64,000 nt of DNA from an uncultured Verrucomicrobiae bacterium. GTDB taxonomy: Bacteria; Verrucomicrobiota; Verrucomicrobiia; Palsa-1439. The stretch covers positions 1-64,000 of the forward strand of contig CAWEWF010000013.1 in NCBI GenBank assembly GCA_963812605.1. Direction: 5' to 3'. Both the position numbers and the translations under genes were made by a program. Positions 41,562-51,056 of this stretch are shown in pieces. Numbering within the stretch: position 1 is the stretch's first letter; each line of letters opens with the position of its first letter. The notes under the pieces were generated by a model that saw nothing but the letters and a program-made list of their open reading frames with translations, was not told the origin of the DNA and searched no databases.

Positions 41562-44500
41562 ATGAAGCACTCTGATTTTGTCCATCTTCACCTGCACACC
41601 GAGTACAGCCTGCTCGACGGGGCCTGCCGTATTTCTGATGTCGTCGACAAGGCGCACGCGTGCAAGATGCCGGCAGTGGCCGTAACCGATCACGGCAACA
41701 TGTACGGCGCCATCGAATTCTACAAGACCGCGCAAGAGAAGGGGTTGAAGCCAATCATCGGATGTGAGACATACATCGCGCCGGGCAGTCGCCTTGAAAA
41801 GAAATCCACGAACGCCCGCGATGCCGCATATCATCTGGTTCTGCTGGCGAAGGACGAAGTCGGCTACAAAAACCTCGTCCAACTCGTGTCCATGGCGCAC
41901 CTCGACGGCTTCTACTACAAGCCGCGCATCGACAAGGATATTCTGGCCAAACATTCGAAGGGACTGATCGGGCTCACCTCGTGCCTCAAGGGGGAAGTGC
42001 CTTACCAGATCAAGGAAGGCCAGCTTGATCAAGCCAAAGCCTCGCTCGACGAGTACCGCCAAATCTTTGAGCCCGGCGATTTTTATGTAGAGTTGCAGAA
42101 CCACGGCATCGAGGAGCAACGCACGGTCAACCGCACGCTCATTCCCTGGGCGAAGGAATTCAATCTCCCGCTGGTCGCGACCAACGATGTGCATTACGTC
42201 GAGCGCCAGCATTGGGAGGCGCACGATTGCATGATCTGCCTGCAGACCCAATCACTGCTCGCCGACGAGAAACGCATGCGGTACGTGTCCGAGCAGTTTT
42301 ATTTGCGGACACCCGAGGAGATGCACGAATTGTTTGCGGAGGTTCCCGACGCGCTGAAAAACACGCTGGCCGTCGCCGAGAAGTGCAATCTCTTGTTGGA
42401 ATTTGGCAAGCTGCGGTTTCCGGTTTATCAGCCGCCCGACAGCTTTACCCGCGAGCATTACCTGCGGCACTTGTGCGTGCAAGGGCTGCACGACCGTTAC
42501 GGCATTGAGTGGAAAAAGCCGAAGGACGAACAAGAGAAGTCGATTGTCGAACGCGTGGAGTTCGAATTGAAGATCATGGAAAAGACGGGCTTCGTCAGCT
42601 ACTTCCTGATCGTCTGGGACTTCGTCCACTTCGCCAGGACCAATGGGATTCCCGTCGGTCCGGGCCGCGGCAGCGCGGCCGGCAGCGTCGTGGCGTACCT
42701 GCTGAAGATCACGGACATCGATCCGCTCCGCTACAATTTGCTTTTCGAGCGCTTCCTGAATCCCGAGCGCATCTCGCCGCCCGATATCGACATGGATTTT
42801 TGCTACAACCGCCGTCCGGAAGTCATCGATTACGTGCGCAAGAAATACGGCGATGATCGTGTCGCGCAAATCAGTCACCTTCGGCACGCTCGGCGCGAAG
42901 ATGGTGGTGCGCGACGTGGGCCGCGTGATGGGCCTGAGCTACGGCGAGTGCGACCGCATTGCGAAGATGATCCCGCCCGACATCGGGATGACACTGAAAA
43001 AGGCCATGGATATCAATCCCGAGCTGAAGACGGCCTACCAAAACGAGCCGAACGTCAAGCGGATGATTGATTACGGGTACACGCTCGAAGGGATTTCCCG
43101 CAACATTTCGACCCACGCGGCCGGCGTGGTGATCGGCGCCGAGCCGCTCACGAACATTGTGCCGCTCACCACCGGCACGAACTCGAACGAAATCGTCACC
43201 CAATACTCGATGAACCCGTTGGGCGACCTCGGCCTCTTGAAGATGGACTTCCTCGGGTTGAAGACGTTGACAGTCATCAAGGACGCGAACGATATCATCG
43301 AACAGACCACCGGGCAGCGCCTCGACATCGACAAGATCCCGCTGGAGGACAAGAAAACATTCGACCTGCTGGCCAAGGCCAACACGATCGGCGTGTTCCA
43401 GTTGGAATCGCAGGGGATGCGCGATTTGTGCCGCCGCATCGGCGTGGACTCCATCGACGTCATCATCGCGCTCATCGCTTTGTTCCGGCCCGGGCCGATG
43501 AACATGCTCGACGACTACGTCAACCGCAAGCATGGCAAGGTCAAGGTTGCGTACGACCACCCGTTGCTGGATTCGATTCTCAAGGAGACATTCGGCGTGT
43601 TTGTGTACCAGGAGCAGGTGATGCAGGCGGCCAACGTGCTCGCGGGCTATTCGCTTGGCGGCGCCGACGTGCTGCGCCGCGCGATGGGCAAGAAGAATGC
43701 CGAGGAAATGGAGAAGCAACGCGAGACCTTCATCAAGGGCTGCCACGAGAAGAACAAGATTCCCCGTCCCAAGGCCAACCAGATTTTTGATACGCTGGCG
43801 AAGTTTGCCGGGTACGGCTTCAACAAATCGCACAGCGCAGCGTACGCCATCGTCGCCTACCAGACGGCGTGGCTGAAGGCGAACTACCCGGTGGAGTTCA
43901 TGGCCGCGGTCCTCTCCAACGAACTGGCCAATACCGACAAGATCCAGCTTTTCATCAACGAGTGCAAATGCATGGGCATCGAGGTGCAGGCACCGGATGT
44001 CAATGAGAGCGGTGTCCGCTTCACGGTGCGCGACGGCAGGATTCGTTTTGGCCTCGCGGCGATCAAGAACGTCGGGGAAGTTGCCGTGAAAAACGTCATC
44101 CAGGTGCGCGATGAGAGCGGCCGGTTTGCGTCTTTCGAGGATTTTTGCACGCGAGTCGATCTCCGGGTCGTCAACCGCAAGGTGCTGGAGTGCCTGGCGA
44201 AATGCGGGGCGTTCGATTCTTTGGGCGAGCCGCGGGCCCAGGCTTTTGCGGCCATTGAGTACCAGATGAGCCGCGCTGCCACAGTCCAGTTCGATCGCGA
44301 ACGCGGCCAGGCGGCGCTGTTCGACGTGGAGCCGGTGAACGCGCGGCAAAAAGCCACGGGCCAGCGCGCGTCGGTCGAATGGACGCAGGGCCAAATGCTG
44401 GCGTTCGAGAAGGAATTGCTCGGTTTCTACGTGACGGGCCACCCGTTGAGTGAGTACGCCGAGATCTTGGGCCGCTACGAGCTGGCTTCCTCTGGAAAAC

Positions 44501-45105
44501 TGGCGCAGCTTCAGGATGGGCAGGTGACGCGCATCGGGGGGATCATCGGCAAACTGGTGCCGAAGACGACAAAGCAGGGCAAGCCGATGGCGATCATGAC
44601 GCTCGAAGATCTTGACGGCGCGGTGGAGGTCCTGGTTTTTCCCGAGTCGTACGCCCGGTACGCGATGAGCTTGAAAACCGATGCCGCGATTTTCCTTTGT
44701 GGCACGGTCAACTTGCGCGAGGACAAGCCGAAGATCGTGGCGGACCAGATCATTCCGCTGGGCGATGTGCCGAAGAAATTCACGAAGGCCGTGCACATCC
44801 GTATCTCGGCGGGCACCACGGAGGATTCGACGCTCACACGCGTCCAGGAGGTTCTCCGGACGCACAAAGGCGAGGTTCCGGTAATGTTTTGCTTTATGTA
44901 TCCCGACGGCAAACTGGTCTTCCTCGAGGCGCATGAACATTTCTCCGTGGCGCCCACGCAGCAATTCGTGCGCGATGTGGAAGGAATTCTCGGCGAGGAG
45001 AGCGTTTGGCTGAAAGTGGACACCGAAAAACTGGCCGCGACCAACGAAGTCCGTCGCGGACGACCATGGGAGCAAAGGGGTGTGCCGGCAGCAGTGGCTT
45101 CTTGA
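41562..45105 (+). CDS. dnaE: DNA polymerase III alpha subunit; indel near 42870
   Basis: [41 protein letters not shown] and an OB fold. Confidence 0.97.
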
Positions 45106-45180
45106 ATCAGCTTCTCTCAAAAACCTTTCCCGGCCCCGAAACTTCTGGGACCAAACTTCGCCTGATAGCGCTGGGAGTTT

Positions 45181-45732
45181 TCACTTCGGAATAACAAGCT
45201 TCTGGCCGACTTTCAACGAATCGCTGGTCAGGTTGTTGGCCTTTCTCAAATCAGCGATGGTGACCCCGCAGCTTTTCGCAATCAACGTCAACGTTTCGCC
45301 CGATTGCACAACATGCTCGTTACCTGTCTCTGCGGTCGCGGTCGCGGTTGCCGTCGTCGTCTTGCCGGCGTGCGCCCCGCCACTCATTGCCGCAAGTTCC
45401 TTGGCGAGCTGATCAATGATGACCTTCTTGTCGGTCTCGCGGGCGGCATCCAGCGCCTTGACCCTCGCCTCAAGCGCCTGCAAATCATTCGCCGACGCAC
45501 TGGGACCCGCGTGACGGACCTCATCCATTTGACCCTGGATCTGTTTGATGTCCTGTTGGATTTGTTGCTGGCTGAATTGCAGGGCATCGACATCCGCGCG
45601 CAGCTTGCTGAGGCGTTCGTCGAGGATGGACACCTGCTGGGCGATGGTTTGCTCCTGGGCCTGTGCTGGCAGGCCCGTTACTGCGAACGCGACCAAAATG
45701 ATGGCAAATCTGAGAAGCTCCTTGTGTTTCAT
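45181..45732 (-). CDS. Secreted coiled-coil plus LysM protein
   Basis: Signal peptide and HVVQSGETLTLIA...LKVGQKLVIP. Confidence 0.88.
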   Translation of the reverse strand: MKHKELLRFAIILVAFAVTGLPAQAQEQTIAQQVSILDERLSKLRADVDALQFSQQQIQQDIKQIQGQMDEVRHAGPSASANDLQALEARVKALDAARETDKKVIIDQLAKELAAMSGGAHAGKTTTATATATAETGNEHVVQSGETLTLIAKSCGVTIADLRKANNLTSDSLKVGQKLVIPK

Positions 45733-45857
45733 GGTAACAGTCTAGGAACGCTGCGGAATCCTTGCAAGTCCCGAATCCATTGTTGCGCAATCAGTTTCAT
45801 TCCCAAACCGCCCCCCGCTGGCCTGAATCGTGCTTTTCATTGTCCGAGGCAGCATCT

Positions 45858-47246
45858 ATGGGCATAGCTGACGTTCAGCATACTGAGGAACTGACGGTCG
45901 GATTGGAGTCGGATAGCGCGGCTGCGCCCGCAACCCCGGCCGATTCGATTGCCCCGCTTTTTACCAATCCCGCCGACTGGTTTGTTCCCGCGTTCCCGGA
46001 AAAACTGGAGGACCTCGATGTCAACCCCGGCTTCCTCGCTGACCTGGCGCTGAAGGTCGTCCCGCTCGACACGGATTGCAACACCTTCAGCATCTCGAAA
46101 CGGCTGCGGCTGGGCATGATGATCACCGAGGCGCTGCTCCAACGACTGTGCCACGAGAAATTCATCGAGGCCAAAGGCGTCGTCGGCTTGCACAATCATC
46201 GCTACGCGATGCTCGATCACGGGTGGGAGGCGTTGCGCCGCCTGACCAGTTTTTGCAGCTACGCCGGGCCTGCCCCGGTCTCGCTGAAGGCCTACACGGA
46301 AATGATTACGCAGCAGGTCCGCAACCGGCCGCCCTCCTCGCGCCAGGCGCTCGATCAGGCCATGTCGAATCTCATCCTCTCGGACTACGCCAAGGAAATC
46401 CTCGGGCTGGTCGTCGGTTCGGGCCGCAGTTTGTTTTTGACCGGGCCCTCGGGTAACGGCAAGACCGCCATGGCGCGGTCGCTGGTCGACGCGATTCCAG
46501 GTGAAGTTTGGATTCCCTACGCCATTGAAGTCGATGGTCAGGTCATCCGCATTTTCGACAGCCACAACCACGTGCCCGTCCAGCACTCCAACGACGATTA
46601 CGACCGCCGCTGGATACGCGTCAGTCCGCCCTTGGTGGTCGTCGGCGGCGAGCTGACGCTGCAAAGCCTGGACCTCGCCTTCACCGAGACGCAGCGCTTC
46701 TACGAAGCTCCCCTGCACATCAAATCCAATGGCGGCGTGCTCGTGGTGGATGATCTCGGCCGCCAGCGCTGTTCGGCCACCGAGCTGCTGAACCGCTGGA
46801 TCGTCCCGCTGGAGTATCGGGTCGATTACCTCACCTTGAGCACCGGGAAAAAAATCCAGATGCCCTTCGAGCAGATCGTGGTTTTCGCCACAAACCTCGT
46901 CGAATCCGATCTGGACGATGAAGCGTTCATGCGCCGCATGGGTTACCGCCTCCACGCCGAAGCCCCCAGCGCCGAGACTTTCACGGAAATCTTCCTGCGC
47001 TACGCCCGCTCGCGCGGTCTTGCCGCGGACGAGAACGTGGTGCTGCAGTTGCTGCAGAAGTACCAGGTGGAAGGCCGGATCCCGAAATCCTGCGACCCGC
47101 GCGACCTGATCGACCGTGCCATCGACCGCTGCCGCCTCCACAAGCAGGCCCCCAAGTTGACGCCCGAGGGACTGGAAATCGTCTGGAACGGCTATTTCGG
47201 CCGCCCCGGCACCGACCCCAAACGCCCCACGCAAGCCCGCGCCTGA
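45858..47246 (+). CDS. AAA+ family ATPase
   Basis: GPSGNGKT, LVVDDLGRQ, ELLNRWIVPLE, DEAFMRRMGY. Confidence 0.82.
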   Translation: MGIADVQHTEELTVGLESDSAAAPATPADSIAPLFTNPADWFVPAFPEKLEDLDVNPGFLADLALKVVPLDTDCNTFSISKRLRLGMMITEALLQRLCHEKFIEAKGVVGLHNHRYAMLDHGWEALRRLTSFCSYAGPAPVSLKAYTEMITQQVRNRPPSSRQALDQAMSNLILSDYAKEILGLVVGSGRSLFLTGPSGNGKTAMARSLVDAIPGEVWIPYAIEVDGQVIRIFDSHNHVPVQHSNDDYDRRWIRVSPPLVVVGGELTLQSLDLAFTETQRFYEAPLHIKSNGGVLVVDDLGRQRCSATELLNRWIVPLEYRVDYLTLSTGKKIQMPFEQIVVFATNLVESDLDDEAFMRRMGYRLHAEAPSAETFTEIFLRYARSRGLAADENVVLQLLQKYQVEGRIPKSCDPRDLIDRAIDRCRLHKQAPKLTPEGLEIVWNGYFGRPGTDPKRPTQARA

Positions 47247-47253
47247 CCCATTA

Positions 47254-47590
47254 GTGGCGCGGGCGTCCCGCCCGCGTCCTTCCATTTTCGGGTCATGTCG
47301 CTTATTTGACCCTTGCCATCGGCTGTGGTCCTTCGCCCCCGTTCCATCTACTTGGAGTGCTGCGACTCGTCGCAGCTTTGCTGTTCGTCGGTCGGCTGTC
47401 TCACACACCACGAAGTCGTTTTCACGCCAAACGAACCCGATTGTAATCTTCACAATCTTGCCTTGCATCCACCTCCGCCACAATGATTTAACCCCTGTTT
47501 TCTCATAGAAACAAATCGGGTTCGTTTCGCAGAAACACATGTTTTTCGCGCCTCCTCTCCTTGTCCGCCATAGCCCTGGCGGCGGCGGAT
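47254..47590. repeat. Cluster of distinct palindromic intergenic repeats
   Basis: GTGG-hairpin 47254-47276; TGGAGT-hairpin-TTT 47353-47379; perfect 14-bp inverted repeat 47429-47442/47514-47527; TCCGCC..GGCGGA hairpin 47560-47590. Confidence 0.7.
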
Positions 47591-47856
47591 TCGCGCAACA
47601 GCATCTTAACCACCGCGCCCAATAAGTCTTCATAAATTTCATCTGCATCCGCCCCGAGCCTAAATGATCTTCGACCCAAACCGTTATCGCACTTTGGAAG
47701 CTCTGGAAGGTTTGGAAGCTTTTCTATGAAAGGCCCGTAAACATCGGATTTTTTAGCGGACAAACTGCGCAGAAACCGGACCGCCGGGCGCCACTCACAC
47801 GTACTCCGAAACCTCATGGGGCTCTGGTCGGGATGGTCAAGACGGTTGAGTTTCAT
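47503..47856 (-). CDS. Hypothetical or decayed cassette ORF whose 3' end runs into repeats
   Basis: ATG lies 15 bp after a GTTAGAC core; no recognisable domain. Confidence 0.3.
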   Translation of the reverse strand: MKLNRLDHPDQSPMRFRSTCEWRPAVRFLRSLSAKKSDVYGPFIEKLPNLPELPKCDNGLGRRSFRLGADADEIYEDLLGAVVKMLLRESAAARAMADKERRREKHVFLRNEPDLFL

Positions 47857-47871
47857 GGCGGCGTGTTGGCG

Positions 47872-47943
47872 GTCTAACGATCCAAACCTTAATAATTAGC
47901 GCAGTTGAGAGTGGACGCGGTTAGCTCCACCGAATCGTTATGA
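47872..47943 (-). other. Degenerate or hybrid attC-like site
   Basis: TCATAAC (contains the stop codon)-5 bp-GGTGGAGC ... GTTAGAC; no matching L' box. Confidence 0.45.
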
Positions 47944-48255
47944 TTCTTTCCGTATGAGAATAATCGCGGCAATTCCAAGAGCAATTACAAGGACGCCGCA
48001 CAATAGCAGGGCTTCGTTTGCGCCTGAGGCATCGCGCGCTACGACTGACGCTAGCGAGGCAAACTCCAATGGAGTCATGCCGAGAATCTGCTGTGCGCCA
48101 GCAGATGTACCACTCTCGCGAAGCAACCTCTCGTAGGCGTAAACGTGGGCTTGCCGGAGCGCGGCGCCGTGACTACTGAGAAACGAAACGAAGACAATGC
48201 CGCAGCCAAGCACAACCTGAGCGATAAAGATAAGCTTTATGCCCCTCGTATGCAT
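47938..48255 (-). CDS. Small two-TM hypothetical protein (cassette-like, lower GC)
   Basis: Two hydrophobic segments; the stop codon is embedded in an attC-like R'' box. Confidence 0.55.
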   Translation of the reverse strand: MHTRGIKLIFIAQVVLGCGIVFVSFLSSHGAALRQAHVYAYERLLRESGTSAGAQQILGMTPLEFASLASVVARDASGANEALLLCGVLVIALGIAAIILIRKES

Positions 48256-48257
48256 TT

Positions 48258-48598
48258 ACAATTCCATTTCCAGTTTGTTGGGCGAATGGGGGAAATGGGG
48301 TCAGGTCTCAATATCAGACAATTCCATTTCCATTTTGTTTAGCGAATGCTGCGGTCTGGACATTCAACTGCATATTTCAGATTAAACGCCTGCTTGAACC
48401 CCGAGAACAGCACAAAAATATGCGCAATCCGCGCACCACCACTTCCGACGAGAGGATGGAAATGGGGTCAGGTCTCAACATCAGACAATTCCGTTTCCAG
48501 TTTATTTGGCGAGTGCTGCCAAGTTTGAATGTTCAACAGCTTGTTTCCCACATTTCAGATTAAACGCCTGCTTGAACCCCGAGAACAGCACAAAAATA
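48258..48598. repeat. Imperfect tandem direct repeat (two ~130-140 bp units, period 167, plus a partial third)
   Basis: Units 48291-48420 and 48458-48598 share GGAAATGGGGTCAGGTCTCAA(T/C)ATCAGACAATTCC and ATTTCAGATTAAACGCCTGCTTGAACCCCGAGAACAGCACAAAAATA. Confidence 0.9.
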
Positions 48599-48623
48599 GG
48601 GCCCTACCGGCTCATCACCGGCA

Positions 48624-48652
48624 TTGACAAACGCCCTCCCGCCTGCTACAAT
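48624..48652 (+). promoter_or_regulatory. Near-consensus sigma70 promoter of the DAHP synthase leader
   Basis: TTGACA(48624-48629)-17 bp-TACAAT(48647-48652) with an extended TGn. Confidence 0.85.
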
Positions 48653-48663
48653 CCTGCCCGTAA

Positions 48664-48750
48664 ATGAAGGCAATTTCTCAGCACGGCACCGCAGTTCAGG
48701 CATGGTATTGGTTTTACTTTAGCCAGCCCTGTCTGCGGGCCGCGTGTTGA
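48664..48750 (+). CDS. Attenuator leader peptide MKAISQHGTAVQAWYWFYFSQPCLRAAC
   Basis: 28-codon ORF with six consecutive aromatic codons at 48703-48720, between the promoter and the terminator. Confidence 0.85.
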   Translation: MKAISQHGTAVQAWYWFYFSQPCLRAAC

Positions 48751-48770
48751 TGCCAGTAACGTTGACACCC

Positions 48771-48801
48771 AACCGTCCCGCGGAAGCGGGGCGGTTTTTT
48801 T
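48771..48801 (+). terminator. Attenuator intrinsic terminator
   Basis: AACCGTCCCGC-GGAA-GCGGGGCGGTT followed by a T run, about 40 bp before the DAHP synthase start. Confidence 0.88.
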
Positions 48802-48842
48802 ATTGCCAAAACCGAACCGCGCGCGGGCAAAGGAATGAAGAA

Positions 48843-49869
48843 ATGATCATCGTGTTACGACCGGGAACGAGCGAACAGGAAATTCAACAAGTGGCCGACG
48901 CCGTGAAGAAGTTCAATTACGAGCCGCGCCTGATCCGCGGCGTCGAGCGCACCGTCGTCGCCTGCATCGGCGACGAACGCAGCCATCACACGCTGGAATC
49001 GCTCGTCGTCTTCCCGCAGGTGGAGAGCGTCACCCCGATCCAAAAGAAGTACAAACTCGTCAGCCGCGAATATCAGGCGCGTCGATTCCGTCCTCGACGT
49101 GGCCGGCCTCAAAATCGGCGGCGGCACCTTTCACGTGGTAGCCGGGCCGTGTTCGGTCGAGTACGCCACCCAGACAATTGAAACCGCGAAAGCGGTGAAG
49201 TCGTACGGCGCAACGCTTTTCCGGGGCGGCGCTTTCAAGCCCCGCACTTCGCCGTACGACTTCCAGGGTTTGGGCCGCGACGGGCTGGAATTGCTGCAGC
49301 AAGCCCGCGCGGCCACGGGCCTGCCCATCGTCACCGAAGTCCTGTCGCCGCAGGACGTCGAGTTGGTGGCCTCCTTCGCCGACATCCTGCAAATCGGCGC
49401 GCGCAACGCGCAAAACGTCCCGCTGCTCGCCGCCGCCGCCGCCTCGGGCAAGGTCATCCTCTTGAAACGCGGCGTCTCCGGCCTGGTCGATGAATGGCTC
49501 CTCGCCGCCGAATACATCTGCGTGCATGGCAACAGCCAGGTCATCCTCTGCGAGCGCGGCATCCGCACCTTCGAACACGCCTGCCGCAACACGCTCGACC
49601 TCAGCGCCGTCGCCGTGGCGAAGAAGGAAACGCATCTGCCAGTCTTCGTCGACCCCAGCCACGCCGCCGGCCGGGCGGACATGGTCATCCCGCTGGCGCG
49701 CGCCGCCGTCGCCGTCGGCGCCGACGGCTTGCTGTTGGAAGTCCATCCCGACCCCGCCACCGCCCTCAGCGACGGCGGCCAGCAACTGAAGCCGAAACAA
49801 TTCGGCCAGCTAATGGCGGAAATCCGCCCGCTCGTGGAAGTGATGGGAAAAAAATTCGGCTCCGACTAG
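48843..49869 (+). CDS. aroF: 3-deoxy-7-phosphoheptulonate (DAHP) synthase, type I-beta with an N-terminal ACT-like domain; indel near 49080
   Basis: [45 protein letters not shown]. Confidence 0.93.
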
Positions 49870-49891
49870 TCGTGGTTTTCATAAAGCACGG

Positions 49892-49916
49892 GTGGCACAG
49901 GCGTCCCTGCCTGTGC
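49892..49916. repeat. GTGG-type REP-like palindrome between convergent genes
   Basis: GTG-GCACAGGC-N6-GCCTGTGC. Confidence 0.55.
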
Positions 49917-49939
49917 GGATTCGGTATGGAAACCGTACC

Positions 49940-51051
49940 CTACGCCCGCGCCACGCGCCAGAGCAGCCACAAGCCGAGCAGTTCGAAAAACAGGTCCGGC
50001 GACCACATAATCGCGTCAGGATAAAGGTAGGGACGGCTCTTGAGCGTGTTGGCGAGCACCGTCACAAAATAGAAACCGAGCGCCAGGAGAATGCTTAGAG
50101 CGATGCCGACCGACGTTTCGCGCCGACTGGTCTTGATCCCCAGCGGGATGCCGATCAAGGTGAAGGCCAGGCACGCGACCGCGCTCGCCACGCGTTGATG
50201 GGCTTCCACCAGCGCGGCGGCGGGATAAATCCCGCGTTGGCGCAAATCACGAATTTCACCGAGCAGTTCCTTAAAGACGAGATCGCCCAGTTGCCGGCTC
50301 GCCTTGGCCTGTCGCAACGCCCGGCTCAGGTCCATCTCGATGGGATAGCGGGCCGCCGTGGTGTCGGGACGAATCTTGTGGACGTTGGTCGGGTCTTTCG
50401 CGTCGCGCAAATCCCCGCGGACATTATACAGGTCGAGCATCAGCTTGTGCTCTTCCGGTTTCGCGGTGACGAATCCTTTTTCGGCCCGCAGGCTGGAGAG
50501 GACATTATTGCTGTCGTCGAGCGTGTAGAGCATCACGTCCTCGATCCGGTTGTCATTTTTCCGGGCCACATACATCACGTAGCCGGGAAAATCCTTGATG
50601 TACGTTCCTTCCTGGATCAGCGCCATCGGCCGTTCCGAGCCGAGCCGCACGAACATCGTCTTGAACTGGAATTTGCAATAGGGCGCGAGGTCCGCGTTGA
50701 TGTACAGGCACAACACGCTCATCAGGGCCCCGAGCAAAATCACCGGCGCCACCACCTGCCCGAGGCTGAGCCCGAAGCGCGCATGGCGGTGATTTCGTGG
50801 TCGGCGCTCATCCGACCGTAGACCAGCAGCGCCGTCGCCAGCATCGCCATCGGCAGCGAAAAACCAAGGACGTTCGGCGTCACGAGCAGGATGAAGTACC
50901 CGATAACGTCCAGGCCCACCTTCTGGTTCACCAGCATATCACTGAGTTGCTTGAGGATTTTTGCCAGGAGCAACACGAACGTGAGTACGCTGATCGTGAA
51001 AAACAATGTAATGACCGCTTGCCGTGTGATGTACTTTGAGAGAATCTTCAT
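49940..51051 (-). CDS. LptF/LptG family LPS export permease; indel near 50770
   Basis: MKILSKYI, LPMAML, GRMSADHEITAMRASG, LIGIPLG. Confidence 0.88.
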
Positions 51052-51056
51052 GCGCT

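Noticed and set aside
41562-45105. Naturally split dnaE, intein or programmed frameshift
   Set aside because: No intein motifs or extra sequence. The halves join by a 1-nt correction (AQI-VTFGT), matching the window-wide indel pattern.
42871-45120. Long antisense ORFs (also 3886-5550, 7735-8847, 15109-16617, 45837-47648, 63373-63999)
   Set aside because: Shadows of GC-rich real genes on the opposite strand, with no recognisable motifs.
48258-48598. CRISPR array
   Set aside because: Only about 2.3 units, the period (167 bp) is too long, the spacer regions resemble each other, and there are no cas genes.
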